From the NCBI GenBank assembly GCA_017999345.1, contig JAGNLY010000003.1, positions 4,138-68,137 of the forward strand: a stretch of 64,000 nt of DNA. The letters run 5' to 3'. The notes beneath the pieces were generated by a model that saw only the letters and a list, made by a program, of their open reading frames with translations, ran no database searches and was not told the origin of the DNA. Positions 6,578-15,850 of this stretch are shown piece after piece. The position numbers were made by a program, and so were the translations under genes. Positions within the stretch are counted from its first letter, which is position 1, and every line of letters begins with the position of its first letter. Source of the stretch: Candidatus Woesebacteria bacterium. Lineage in GTDB: Bacteria > Patescibacteriota > Microgenomatia > UBA1400 > PJMF01.

Positions 6578-8659
6578 TTAGAGTAGTAGGAACAACATTG
6601 TACCGACTCCTAGAGTGACCAATCCTGCTTTCAACCAGTTTAACCAATCTTCAGGACCTGTTGCAGGTAATTCTGCTGGTAACTCAGGTTGTTGTGTAGC
6701 GGTTGTTTGAGCTACTGGCACAGTACATGATGTTGAGTCTGGATGGCTTTCTAATCTACATTTATTAGAGCCGTCTGCAGTTGTCACACAGATGTGATTG
6801 TTGTTTGAACAATCTGCGTTGCTGATACAAGTCTCATTACATCCAGGTGCTGGGGTAGGTGTAGGTGTTGGGCTTGGTGTAGGCGTTGGACTTGGAGTAG
6901 GTGTTGGACTTGGTGTTGGGGTAGGTGTTGTGGCTGGAGTACAACTTGTATTAGTTAAGTTAGTTTCCAATCTACAAACTTTACCTTCACTTGATGCATA
7001 GCAGACATAATTATCATTTACACTTTGGCAATGAGCGTTGGTTTCACAAGTTTCATTGCAAGCATATGTGACTTCAACTACTTCAATCTTTAATGGTAAC
7101 TCGCAAGTGTGTTCGCTTTCACCGTCTGTAGTAACAGTAGCTATGTTATCAATGGTTGTGCCTTCTGGTTCTGCAACAACCTGTACTTTGAATTGAACGT
7201 CTTTAACATCATTGTCTTGCATGACGCCGTAGTTCATGGTTACTTTTCTAGTGGTTGTGTCGTATTCAATACCCTCGGTGTTACTAGAGTCTTCGACAAA
7301 GATTAAGTTTGCTGATAATTGATCAACGACGACGACATCGCCATTTGTTGTTCCTTCAGCTTTGACTGAAACTTTGTAGATGAATTCTTGTCCGGCAGTT
7401 ACTTCACTATTTGCAGCTATCTCAGTGCCATCGAAATCCTCAAATGCCTGTTTTTCGACACATTGAGCAGTTCCATTTGGAACGATAGAGTGGGCAACTT
7501 CGCAAACACTACCAGAATCTTGAGCAACTTGCTCAGTAGTTCCATCAGTCATAATGTATACAACAGCGGAGTTAGTGAAGTCGCCAACTTTTGGTTGAGC
7601 CACAACTTTAACTACGAAGCCTAGGTTGACAGTTTCATTTTCTAGAACACCAAAGTTGACCGTAATTTCATTGTTTCCGGCAGCATTAGTGATATATTGA
7701 GCACTGTCGGCTAGTGGTCTGACGAACTCTAATGTCTCTGGGATTAGATCATATAATTTAACATCACCGTTTGTTTTGTTGCTTGCATCGACAGTTATAT
7801 AGTAGATGTATTCATCACCAATAGTTAAAGCACTACCTGCTGGAACTAGTTGAGTATGAGCATCATCTGCGTTGCCGAAGTATAGTTTTTTGCTAATACA
7901 TTCTACAGTTCCCTCAAGAGATTTGTATTGATAACTACAGACTGATGTAGTTGTAGCATCATTATTTGTAACAACTTTTACAGTATTAGTTGCTGAGAAT
8001 GCATTTGAGCCCAATCCTTCTTCTAATGATGGAATTACCTCGACCATAAATTCAACCACTGTTGTATCATTTTGAGCCATCTCTCCTAAATCAGCAGTTA
8101 CGGTTTGGCTGTCAAAACCTTCATGGGTCATTACAACTTCTAGTCCTGGTGTATTACCTGCATTTTCAACATATTTTAAATTCTTTGGAAGAACATCTAA
8201 CACTTCTACACTGCCTTCAGTGTCATCAGTTGCTGAAACCGTAATTTTAAAGACAAATTGATCTCCAATATTAAAACTGGTATTTTCTGGAATCAGAGTT
8301 CCATCATTTGCGGTGAAATCAGTTAAAGCAACTTTGTTGTCACAGACAGCATCTCCTTTTGGAACCAAAAAGCTAGCTACACAATAGTTGTTCTCATCTA
8401 TGGTTGCTTTTGGTTGAGAAGATGGGGCATTAGGAGCAACAGTTTCAACTTCACCAGTTTTGGATATTTGTTTTTGAGCAATAAATACTCCTGTTGAAGC
8501 AGCTGCTACAAAGAAGAATATACCAATGATTGCAAGAATATTTTTGAAGTTATTCTTTTTTGGTTTATTGGTTTTTTCAACCATATTTTCACTTTTAGTA
8601 CCATTATTAACTGGTATTTTTGTGTAAAAAGCTTGTGGTTGTGTGTTGTTGTTTTCCAT
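6578..8659 (-). CDS. surface protein with three DUF11-like repeat modules, 2 six-Cys modules, PT linker and LPATG signal
   Basis: 693 aa. N-terminal anchor (ILAIIGIFFFVAAASTGVFI). Three ~140-aa modules with G[DQ][EQ][FY].[FY].[IV].V.A....G.V.[VL].D.[LI]...L.[YF]V (DUF11-like). C-terminus nearly the same module as the 4087 gene, including ELPATGPEDWL. Confidence 0.8.
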   Translation of the reverse strand: MENNNTQPQAFYTKIPVNNGTKSENMVEKTNKPKKNNFKNILAIIGIFFFVAAASTGVFIAQKQISKTGEVETVAPNAPSSQPKATIDENNYCVASFLVPKGDAVCDNKVALTDFTANDGTLIPENTSFNIGDQFVFKITVSATDDTEGSVEVLDVLPKNLKYVENAGNTPGLEVVMTHEGFDSQTVTADLGEMAQNDTTVVEFMVEVIPSLEEGLGSNAFSATNTVKVVTNNDATTTSVCSYQYKSLEGTVECISKKLYFGNADDAHTQLVPAGSALTIGDEYIYYITVDASNKTNGDVKLYDLIPETLEFVRPLADSAQYITNAAGNNEITVNFGVLENETVNLGFVVKVVAQPKVGDFTNSAVVYIMTDGTTEQVAQDSGSVCEVAHSIVPNGTAQCVEKQAFEDFDGTEIAANSEVTAGQEFIYKVSVKAEGTTNGDVVVVDQLSANLIFVEDSSNTEGIEYDTTTRKVTMNYGVMQDNDVKDVQFKVQVVAEPEGTTIDNIATVTTDGESEHTCELPLKIEVVEVTYACNETCETNAHCQSVNDNYVCYASSEGKVCRLETNLTNTSCTPATTPTPTPSPTPTPSPTPTPSPTPTPTPAPGCNETCISNADCSNNNHICVTTADGSNKCRLESHPDSTSCTVPVAQTTATQQPELPAELPATGPEDWLNWLKAGLVTLGVGTMLFLLL
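6848..6940 (-). repeat. Pro-Thr/Ser linker microsatellite-like repeat
   Basis: ggggtaggtgtaggtgttgggcttggtgtaggcgttggacttgg..., encoding TPTPTPSPTPTPSPTPTPSPTPTPTPAP. Confidence 0.7.
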
Positions 8660-8682
8660 TTTGTTTTTATTTATTGCTGTTT

Positions 8683-10821
8683 TTAATTACTAACTTCGAT
8701 CCAATCTTGGCATGCATCACCTGTACAAACTCTACATTGAACTTGGTGACTTAAGTATTGGTTAATTTGATATGCCTGTGAAGTTGCTGATGAGCCTGCT
8801 GGATTAATTGCAGAGCCTTCAACTACAGTTCCATCAGGTTCAGTGACTTTAAATTCGTAGTTCGTGACTTGATTGTCTACATCGTCAGCTGCACATCTGA
8901 ATTTAAGGATCATGCCAATAGAGAAGGTGCTTGAATTTGGATTGAGAACATTGTTATTTTCATCCAAAATTGCGACATCTTTACACATTGGTTCATTCAA
9001 AACTACTTCTGGCTCGCAAGTTGTAGAAGTTAAGTTGGATGCTAATCTACATTTATTAGATGTATCATCGCAAGTCCAACCTGCATTTACTCCTGAACAT
9101 TGTAGATCAGTTGTACATGCGTCGTTACATCCTGGAATTACTTCTGCCTCACAGGTTGTAGATACAGGATTTGATGCTAATCTACACTTTTCAGATGTTT
9201 CATCGCATGTCCATGCTGAATTTACACTTGAACATTGAATATCAGCAGTACATGTTTCATTACAAGTTAGTGGAACAGCTTCTGCACAAGTTGTAGAGGT
9301 TGGATTTGTTTCTAATCTACATTTGTTGCTTTGAGCATCGCAGGTCCAATCTGGATTGACACTTGAGCATTGGATAGAATCAGTACATGTTTCATTACAA
9401 GTTAGTGGAACAGCTTCCTCACAAGTTGTTGAAGTTGGATTTGTTTCTAATCTACATTTATTAGCTGTTGTATCGCAAGTCCAATCTGGATTGACACTTG
9501 AGCATTCGCTAGCATAAGTACAGCTGTCATTACAGGTTAGTGGAACTGCTTCAGCACATGTTGTAGATGTTAAGTTTGATGCTAATCTACATTTATTAGA
9601 TGTATCATCGCAAGTCCATGCAGCATTGACACTTGAGCATTGAGTATCAGTAGTACAAGCTTCATTACATGTTAATGGAACAGCTGGTTGACATGTTGTT
9701 GATGTTGGATTTGCTGCTAATCTACATTTATTAGATGTGGCATCGCAGGTCCAGTTTGGATTTACTCCAGAACATTGAGCGTTTGTTGTACAACTTTCAT
9801 TACATGTTAGTGCAGCAGCTGGTTGGCATGTTGTTGAGGTTGGATTTGCTGCTAATCTACATTTATTAGATGTGGCATCGCAAGTCCATGCTGAATTTAT
9901 ACTTGAACATTCGGTGTTGGTACTACATGTTGAGTTACATACTAAAGCAGGTGGTGTATTTGGAGGTGTTGTTGGCTCATCGCTTCCTGGTGGTTTTGGA
10001 GTTGGTGATCCTGTGAAATAGCAACCTAATCTATTTTCTCCACAAGTGTAGCCTTCAACACAGCAGGTATTTGCTAATCCACCTTGGTTTATACACCAAG
10101 ATCTGCCTTGTTTAAGGCATGAATCATAATTTTCATCACGAGTTTCACATCTCATGTCAGTACAAGCATTTCCATCTTGGCAGTGACAAACAAGGTCACC
10201 TGCGCATAAATTACTGACGATATCGCAAGGCTCTCCAACTCCTGGTGCATCGGTAGCAGCCTGACAGTACCAAGCCCCATCACCATCATCGTCAGCGCAT
10301 ACTGTTGTATCTGAGCATCTTAATGGAGATCCTTCTGTTGCCATAGGGTCACATGGGCGCATTAAATCATGGTTAAAAGATGCTTGTTGTCTTAAATCTT
10401 GACTTTGTTGAGATAAGAAAAAGGCTGATCCAGCTCCTACAAAAAGCATAATAAGCACAACAAGAGCAGTGACGAGTTTTACATTAAATTTCTTTTTTGG
10501 TTTTGAGCCCATTGCTGAGTCAGTTCCGCCACCAAAAGCCGGTGGTGTTGCAGTAGGTGATGTGACGCTATCCATAGGTTTGGCTGTGTTGCCAACTCCA
10601 GTCATCACATTTACTCTTTGAGAAGCAATGTTTGGTGTGGTCATTGTGATTGGGGTCATTGGCATGGAATTTATATTTCTAACGTTATTCATTGGGTTTT
10701 GCATGCCTTGAGCTTGATTTACTGGTTGAGCAGATGTTGCAACATTCATTGGTGCTGAAGTTACTGCATTTGAGTTTGAATTTGTTACTTGTGGTATGTT
10801 GTCGTTGCTTGCGTTAATCAT
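8683..10821 (-). CDS. Cys-rich repeat surface protein (N-terminal TM anchor, 7 six-Cys modules, C-terminal beta-rich domain, no LPXTG)
   Basis: Start taken at ATG 10821 (MINASNDN..., parallels MIKAAPNP of the 4087 gene). The tracked 10911 start would run through a good promoter. TM and LSQQSQDLRQQAS motif shared with the 4087 gene. Only 23 nt from the next gene. Confidence 0.8.
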   Translation of the reverse strand: MINASNDNIPQVTNSNSNAVTSAPMNVATSAQPVNQAQGMQNPMNNVRNINSMPMTPITMTTPNIASQRVNVMTGVGNTAKPMDSVTSPTATPPAFGGGTDSAMGSKPKKKFNVKLVTALVVLIMLFVGAGSAFFLSQQSQDLRQQASFNHDLMRPCDPMATEGSPLRCSDTTVCADDDGDGAWYCQAATDAPGVGEPCDIVSNLCAGDLVCHCQDGNACTDMRCETRDENYDSCLKQGRSWCINQGGLANTCCVEGYTCGENRLGCYFTGSPTPKPPGSDEPTTPPNTPPALVCNSTCSTNTECSSINSAWTCDATSNKCRLAANPTSTTCQPAAALTCNESCTTNAQCSGVNPNWTCDATSNKCRLAANPTSTTCQPAVPLTCNEACTTDTQCSSVNAAWTCDDTSNKCRLASNLTSTTCAEAVPLTCNDSCTYASECSSVNPDWTCDTTANKCRLETNPTSTTCEEAVPLTCNETCTDSIQCSSVNPDWTCDAQSNKCRLETNPTSTTCAEAVPLTCNETCTADIQCSSVNSAWTCDETSEKCRLASNPVSTTCEAEVIPGCNDACTTDLQCSGVNAGWTCDDTSNKCRLASNLTSTTCEPEVVLNEPMCKDVAILDENNNVLNPNSSTFSIGMILKFRCAADDVDNQVTNYEFKVTEPDGTVVEGSAINPAGSSATSQAYQINQYLSHQVQCRVCTGDACQDWIEVSN
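9016..9939 (-). repeat. tandem coding repeat, 7 six-Cys modules (~132-nt period)
   Basis: 924 nt = 7 x ~44 codons: CN[SED][STA]C......C[S]..N..WTCD..[SA][NE]KCRL[AE][AST]N[PL][TV]STTC plus a 5-7 aa linker ending LTC. Confidence 0.85.
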
Positions 10822-10898
10822 TTTATTTGTTGCTTTTAAGGCTAAGTTATTTATTAAAAATAACCAAAATACATAATAATTTAAATGTCCTGTTACTA

Positions 10899-10928
10899 AG
10901 AATACAAACATTGCCTATCCCAAGTCAA
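10899..10928 (-). promoter_or_regulatory. sigma70-like promoter for the Cys-rich gene cluster
   Basis: On the minus strand: TTGACT (10928-10923), 18-nt spacer, TATTCT (10904-10899), about 75 nt upstream of ATG 10821. Confidence 0.4.
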
Positions 10929-10967
10929 TACCGAGTTTTACAGAACTATATCAAAAGCCAAAAATTA

Positions 10968-12266
10968 TTACTCATTTTCTTGGATTGGTTGTAGTCCTGG
11001 TAGTTTTTTACCACTTAATAGATCGAGAGCAGCTCCTCCAGCTGCTGAAACGTAGCTAAATTGTTTTTCTAAACCAAAATGTCCAGCGGCACTAATTGTG
11101 TCGCCACCACCGATAATTGTTTCTGCACTTGAAAGAGCTACAGATGCTCCAACCTTTTTTGTGCCATTTTCAAAGATTGGATTTTCCCAAACACCCATTG
11201 GTCCATTCCAAAAAACTGTTTTGGCTCGTTCTATTATTTCTTGGTAAAGCCTGGTGGTTTTTGGTCCAATATCAAGATAAAGCAAGTTCTTGCTGTTTTT
11301 GTGTTCACTTTCTACTGTTAAATCAATAACTTGTGCTTTTTCAGGATCAGTTTCTTCAAGAGAGGTAGCTGCAATGACATCAATTGGATGTAAAATTTTT
11401 GGCATTGGAATGTAGCCATCCATAAGCATTTTTTCAGTTTTATGACTCTCAATAAGTTTACTTGCTACATCAACATAATCAATGTCTTTCTTTTTTAGAT
11501 CAGCAGAAACTTCTTCTATATAAGATTTATATGTTTCCAGACCATCAGCTTTTAGAAAACTATTTGCGACAGCTCCTCCAACCAAGACAATATCAGCAAT
11601 TTTTGCTAAGTGTTCAATGGCGCCAACTTTGTCCGATATCTTAGCTCCTCCCAAGATAATCACTAAAGGTCGTTTAGGATCGCTCATCATTTTGGCAAAA
11701 GTACTAACTTCTTTTTCTAGTGCAAAGCCAGCAAAAGAGGGAAGATGTTTGGTGATACCTACTATAGATGCATGTGCTCTGTGAGAAGTTGAAAAAGCTT
11801 CATTTATATAGACATCCATGTTTTCAGCCAGCGCTTTGGAAAATTTTGAATCATTTTGTTCTTCTTCCTCATGAAAGCGCAAATTTTCTAGCAAAAATAT
11901 TTTAGGTTGGTCTGATCCTGAAACAGATTTAAGAGCATCTTCAACTTCTGTGCCAATACAGCTTTTTACAAATCTCACAGGCAAATTGAGATTTTTATTC
12001 ATGTAATTTGCAATTGTCTCAAGACTAAATTGTGTATCAGCGCTAGAAGTTGGCCTTCCAAGATGTGAGGCCATAACCACAGTGGCATTATTTTTGACTA
12101 AAAAATTTATGGTTTCAAGCGAAGCCTTAATTCTTTCATCATCGGTGACAATGCTGGTTTTTTCACCTTTGCCATTATCAACAATTTTTAGAGGTACATT
12201 AAAATCTACTCTGACAAAAACAGTTTTATTTTTAATGTCGGCAATCTTAGGTAATTTTAGTTTCAT
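10968..12266 (-). CDS. pgk: phosphoglycerate kinase
   Basis: 432 aa. VFVRVDFNVPL, ASHLGRP, C-terminal GGGDT..A motifs. Longer than the ~395-aa typical form because of an insertion near residues 250-320. Confidence 0.93.
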   Translation of the reverse strand: MKLKLPKIADIKNKTVFVRVDFNVPLKIVDNGKGEKTSIVTDDERIKASLETINFLVKNNATVVMASHLGRPTSSADTQFSLETIANYMNKNLNLPVRFVKSCIGTEVEDALKSVSGSDQPKIFLLENLRFHEEEEQNDSKFSKALAENMDVYINEAFSTSHRAHASIVGITKHLPSFAGFALEKEVSTFAKMMSDPKRPLVIILGGAKISDKVGAIEHLAKIADIVLVGGAVANSFLKADGLETYKSYIEEVSADLKKKDIDYVDVASKLIESHKTEKMLMDGYIPMPKILHPIDVIAATSLEETDPEKAQVIDLTVESEHKNSKNLLYLDIGPKTTRLYQEIIERAKTVFWNGPMGVWENPIFENGTKKVGASVALSSAETIIGGGDTISAAGHFGLEKQFSYVSAAGGAALDLLSGKKLPGLQPIQENE

Positions 12267-12377
12267 AAGCTTAAAATTATCACAATCTGACTTACTTTAG
12301 AATAGTTGTTTAGTTGGGAAAAGAATACTCAAGTATGGTATACTCCTCACACCTTAAGAAAGGGGAATTTATTTTTT

Positions 12378-13493
12378 ATGTCATCTACGAATGATAAATC
12401 AATCAAGAAGCCAAAAACCATGGCTGAGTTATTAGCAAATGCTAGTCACAAAATGGTTATCCCAAAGAAAGGATCTGTCGTTTCAGGCATAATTACATCT
12501 ATTGGAAAGAGATCGCTTGTTTTAGATATCGGTGCCAAAACAGAAGGAATTGTTGTTGATAAAGAATTTGAGAATGCTAAAGAATACGTTAACGAACTAA
12601 AAGTCGGTCAAGTTTTAGAAGCAATTGTTTTTTCAGTTGAAAATGATAGAGGTCAAGTTTTGCTTTCACTTAAAAAAGCAGCAACTGATTCCAAATGGGA
12701 ATACTTTACTGAAGCATTTGAAAAAGAAGAAATTCTTGATGCTAAGGGTTTGGAAGTTAATAAAGGTGGCTTGATCGTTTTGGTCAATGGTACCAGAGGT
12801 TTTGTTCCATCAAGTCAATTCGGCAAAGAATTAGTTGGTAATTTTTCTCAACTAAAAGGCGAAGACATCAAAGTCAGAGTCATTGAAGTTGACAGAGAAA
12901 AAAACCGTTTAATATTTTCTGAAAGACACGTTTCTGAAGCAAAAGAAATTTCTCAAAAAACTGCAGCTCTAGAATCTGTAGAAGTTGGCAAGATCTATGA
13001 AGGTGTTGTCTCTGGAGTTATGCATTTTGGCTTGTTTGTAACTGTTGAAGTTCCAGTTGAAGACAGTAAAAATGTTGGACATGTCGAAGGATTGGTTCAC
13101 ATTTCTGAAATTTCATGGGAAAAAGTTACTCATCCAAAAGATTTCAACGCTGTTGGAGATAGAATTAAAGTTAGAGTTTTGGGAATTGATGAAAAAACTG
13201 GCAAACTTAATCTCTCTGTCAAACAACTTTCAGATGATCCATGGCAATCAATTGCTGACAACTATCAAGTTGGCACAACAGTTGAGGGCACAGTTTCAAG
13301 AATTGAAGCTTTTGGAGCATTTATTAATGTTGAGCCTGGAATTGATGGCTTGATTCATTCAAGTAAATTAGATTCTTCAGTTGAGCTCAAAAAAGGTGAC
13401 AAAATCACTGTCAACGTCGAGAGTGTTGATCCAGATCACAGAAGAATGAGCTTAAGTTTGGTCTTAACAGAAGTACCGGTTGGGTACAAATAA
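12378..13493 (+). CDS. rpsA: 30S ribosomal protein S1 (short, four to five S1 domains)
   Basis: Repeated S1/OB motifs (G.VV.G.I......G..V.V....G..H.S). ATG at 12378 preceded by aaGGGGa. The tracked TTG start at 12306 is less likely. Confidence 0.85.
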   Translation: MSSTNDKSIKKPKTMAELLANASHKMVIPKKGSVVSGIITSIGKRSLVLDIGAKTEGIVVDKEFENAKEYVNELKVGQVLEAIVFSVENDRGQVLLSLKKAATDSKWEYFTEAFEKEEILDAKGLEVNKGGLIVLVNGTRGFVPSSQFGKELVGNFSQLKGEDIKVRVIEVDREKNRLIFSERHVSEAKEISQKTAALESVEVGKIYEGVVSGVMHFGLFVTVEVPVEDSKNVGHVEGLVHISEISWEKVTHPKDFNAVGDRIKVRVLGIDEKTGKLNLSVKQLSDDPWQSIADNYQVGTTVEGTVSRIEAFGAFINVEPGIDGLIHSSKLDSSVELKKGDKITVNVESVDPDHRRMSLSLVLTEVPVGYK

Positions 13494-13518
13494 GACTTTA
13501 GTTATTAGATAGTATAAA

Positions 13519-13619
13519 ATTAGGTGGGTTTAATATTTATTTAGCCTATTGAAGCGCAGATTTAAAATGTTTTGAAAATCTAGCGAAATCGAGATGAATA
13601 AATAATAAACCCACCTAAT
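13519..13619 (-). repeat. imperfect-palindrome element, copy B (inverted relative to copy A)
   Basis: Outer arms attaggtgggttta (13519-13532) / taaacccacctaat (13606-13619). Core 13544-13594 is the reverse complement of the copy A core. Sits directly after the rpsA stop. Confidence 0.7.
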
Positions 13620-13640
13620 ACAAACTAGATAAAAGGAAAT

Positions 13641-13799
13641 ATGGCAAAACAACGAATGATCGTAACCGATGATCAACTACTAATCGATATGGACTTACTT
13701 TTCAACTCTATCAGAGACGCTAATGGCGATTGGGAAAAAGTTGAGCAAGATATGAAAAATTATCTTTCTGCTATTCAATCTATGGTTGGAGAAGAATAA
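13641..13799 (+). CDS. small hypothetical protein (52 aa), below the ORF-track cutoff
   Basis: ATG 13641 preceded by aaAAGGAAat. MAKQRMIVTDDQLLIDMDLLFNSIRDANGDWEKVEQDMKNYLSAIQSMVGEE*. Acidic and helical-looking. The antisense 65-aa ORF is less plausible. Confidence 0.45.
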   Translation: MAKQRMIVTDDQLLIDMDLLFNSIRDANGDWEKVEQDMKNYLSAIQSMVGEE

Positions 13800-13916
13800 C
13801 TTTTTGCGATTACACAGCCAAAAGTGGTTGATACATGATATAATACCCTTAGATTTACCGAAATTAGAGTTGCAATTTATTATAGTTGCCAATTCTAAGG
13901 AAACGAGGATGTTTAT

Positions 13917-14567
13917 ATGACAGAAGCCGAAGAAGTAATCGAAAATAAAGTTTCAGCATACGTAATTACCTGTGGAGACGAAGGTGTCCAAATCAATGAA
14001 GGCATTAGGCTTGGTTTTGTTGGAGCTGGTTTCAAACTAGAAGGTTTCGAAAAAGCAGTAGAAGCCTTAAAATCACTTTTCGTTGGTGAAGACTTGCGTA
14101 TCGCCGCTTCTGAAGAATGCGATTGGATTAAAGAACAACTAGATTTATCAAATTGGGAACAAACAACTGCAAGTTCTCAACAACATATTGAGTCTTTAGC
14201 TGACAAAGTTGGCTTGCTTTATAGTGGTTTTTTACCATTCAAAGATCCAAGAAAATTGAACCATGACATTAAAGGTCACATGGTTAGACCTCATAATATT
14301 CACGTTGCAAATAAAATTTGTTTTACTTTGGCCGGTGGTGAACAAACCTACAACTTAGGTTGCTACTTGGTTAGTGCAGAATGGGTACACAAGGTTTCAC
14401 CTAAAATTGCCAAAAAACTAATTGACGTTCAAGTAGAGTTTTATAAGAAAATTTCCAAGAACGATAATTTAATCTTCACCTTTGAAAAGGGTGGAATTCT
14501 TGGCGAAAAAATTGCTGAGAAAAACGTCAAAGCCTTGAAAAAAATTGGCATCGTTGCTAAAGCATAA
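13917..14567 (+). CDS. hypothetical protein (216 aa), no recognisable family
   Basis: Clean ORF with an upstream AAGGAAACGAGGA. An extended -10 (TGaTATAAT, 13836-13844) lies upstream. Soluble, composition like core genes. Confidence 0.7.
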   Translation: MTEAEEVIENKVSAYVITCGDEGVQINEGIRLGFVGAGFKLEGFEKAVEALKSLFVGEDLRIAASEECDWIKEQLDLSNWEQTTASSQQHIESLADKVGLLYSGFLPFKDPRKLNHDIKGHMVRPHNIHVANKICFTLAGGEQTYNLGCYLVSAEWVHKVSPKIAKKLIDVQVEFYKKISKNDNLIFTFEKGGILGEKIAEKNVKALKKIGIVAKA

Positions 14568-14685
14568 TCTTTTTTTTGAATATTCTTATTTTAATTAGAG
14601 TGGTTTAAAATACTGGATTGTCAATCCTATGGTTGATTTATAGTTAAAAGAAATTACAAATATGTACGATAGTGAGGAGTACGAT

Positions 14686-15510
14686 ATGCAAGCATTAACG
14701 GATAATCAAAAACTTCAACTAAAAATATTAATTAACAATTTAGAAGCAATAGGTAAAGTTCCTGAGGATGTTTTGACTCATGTAAAAGAAAATTTGGTGG
14801 CTCCAACAAATGATTCCTCAATCTGTGTTGACGGTGGTTATACAAAAGAAGAGGCAGCTGGAGAGTTGGCAAGACCTGGAGCTGACTTAGGAATTTCAAT
14901 TGCATTTCTCAAACTTGGGTTTTCACCTGAAGAAGCTTTTTTAACAGTTTATGTTTATCGTCTTAAAAATGGACAAAAGTATGGCTGGCACACAGATACT
15001 CATGTTGATCCCGTTGACGGATCTCAAGCACATTCAGAAGCAATTTGTGGTTGTGGGCACTGCAATATGGCAAAACATAGATCTGGAGAGTACGGAGTTG
15101 ACGGCAACCATGTGCTTGATCATTTAAATATTATTAAAAAACATCAAGCTTCAAATCCGGAAAACATGAGATTTGTTAATTTGGACCGAGATCATCAAGA
15201 GAAGGGTATTTTAGTTATAAATAGCGACCAGGTGACTGTTTCACCTTGGGATAAATTAAAAAATTCACAGTTTTTTGTTTATGATGCTGCAAGAGATGCC
15301 CAGCTTTTGAGAAATATTGTTGAAAGTATAAATAATGATGGAAGAGGTAAAAATGTTACTTTTGAACAATTAAAAGAGGTTGTTGATAATCATACAAAAG
15401 CAACTTTGGGACTGTTGGGTACGAGCAAAGGCAAGCCAATATACAACATTACTGTTAATGGAGATAAATTGATAATTGAGCTAGTTGGCAATGCGCCAAC
15501 AATTGATTAG
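14686..15510 (+). CDS. hypothetical protein with Cys/His cluster (WHTDTH...HSEAICGCGHC)
   Basis: ATG 14686 has GAGGAG 6 nt upstream; the tracked ATG 14662 is in frame but lacks an SD. Motifs CVDGGY, RPGADLG, WHTDTHVD, CGCGHC suggest a metal or active site. Family unknown. Confidence 0.7.
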   Translation: MQALTDNQKLQLKILINNLEAIGKVPEDVLTHVKENLVAPTNDSSICVDGGYTKEEAAGELARPGADLGISIAFLKLGFSPEEAFLTVYVYRLKNGQKYGWHTDTHVDPVDGSQAHSEAICGCGHCNMAKHRSGEYGVDGNHVLDHLNIIKKHQASNPENMRFVNLDRDHQEKGILVINSDQVTVSPWDKLKNSQFFVYDAARDAQLLRNIVESINNDGRGKNVTFEQLKEVVDNHTKATLGLLGTSKGKPIYNITVNGDKLIIELVGNAPTID

Positions 15511-15599
15511 CTGGACTTCATTTTTGCACTAATTTAGCTCTTTAGCTGTTTAAATTCATTTTAGAAATCTGGATAATTTAATCTTTAGTCTTGGTTTTC

Positions 15600-15628
15600 T
15601 TGTACTGTCTGATATATTTTGATATAAT
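15600..15628 (+). promoter_or_regulatory. strong sigma70-like promoter
   Basis: TTGTAC (15600-15605), 17-nt spacer, TATAAT (15623-15628). Confidence 0.6.
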
Positions 15629-15632
15629 GACG

Positions 15633-15850
15633 TGTGCAGAAGAACTTAATTCTTTTGTGGATCTTTAAAAATTTAGTTGGAGGGGAAAAGTTGCTAATTT
15701 TGCTAATTGTGGCAATAAATTTTGGCAAAACGGTGAAAATTCTGCACTGGTTTTTGTCTAAGTTTTTTGGTAATTTTGGTTTCGGTGTAATTGGCGATTT
15801 TTTCCCTCCTACTTTAAAATTGTTTGATAAGGGGGGATACAACCAAAACT
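15633..15850 (+). promoter_or_regulatory. candidate structured 5' leader / riboswitch-like RNA
   Basis: Long-range complementarity: GTGCAGAA (15633-40) with TTCTGCAC (15740-47), and GGAGGGGAAAA (15679-89) with TTTTCCCTCC (15800-09). Lies between a promoter and a terminator hairpin, upstream of a membrane-protein gene. Confidence 0.4.

Noticed and set aside
4432-9939. Could the ~130-nt tandem DNA repeats be a CRISPR-like or satellite array?
   Set aside because: The repeats are in frame, translate into a conserved six-Cys module, and have no unique spacers. The period is far longer than CRISPR repeats.
13695-13892. 65-aa minus-strand ORF
   Set aside because: It overlaps the better-supported plus-strand sORF and the promoter/5' UTR of the 13917 gene. 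It has no RBS and odd composition.
15679-15810. Resemblance of GGAGGGGAAAAG...TTTTCCCTCC to the Mn2+ (yybP-ykoY) riboswitch GGGGAGUAG...GACCUUU core
   Set aside because: The conserved GGAGUAG and CAAGACC-type junction sequences are absent. Here the two strands form a plain continuous helix.
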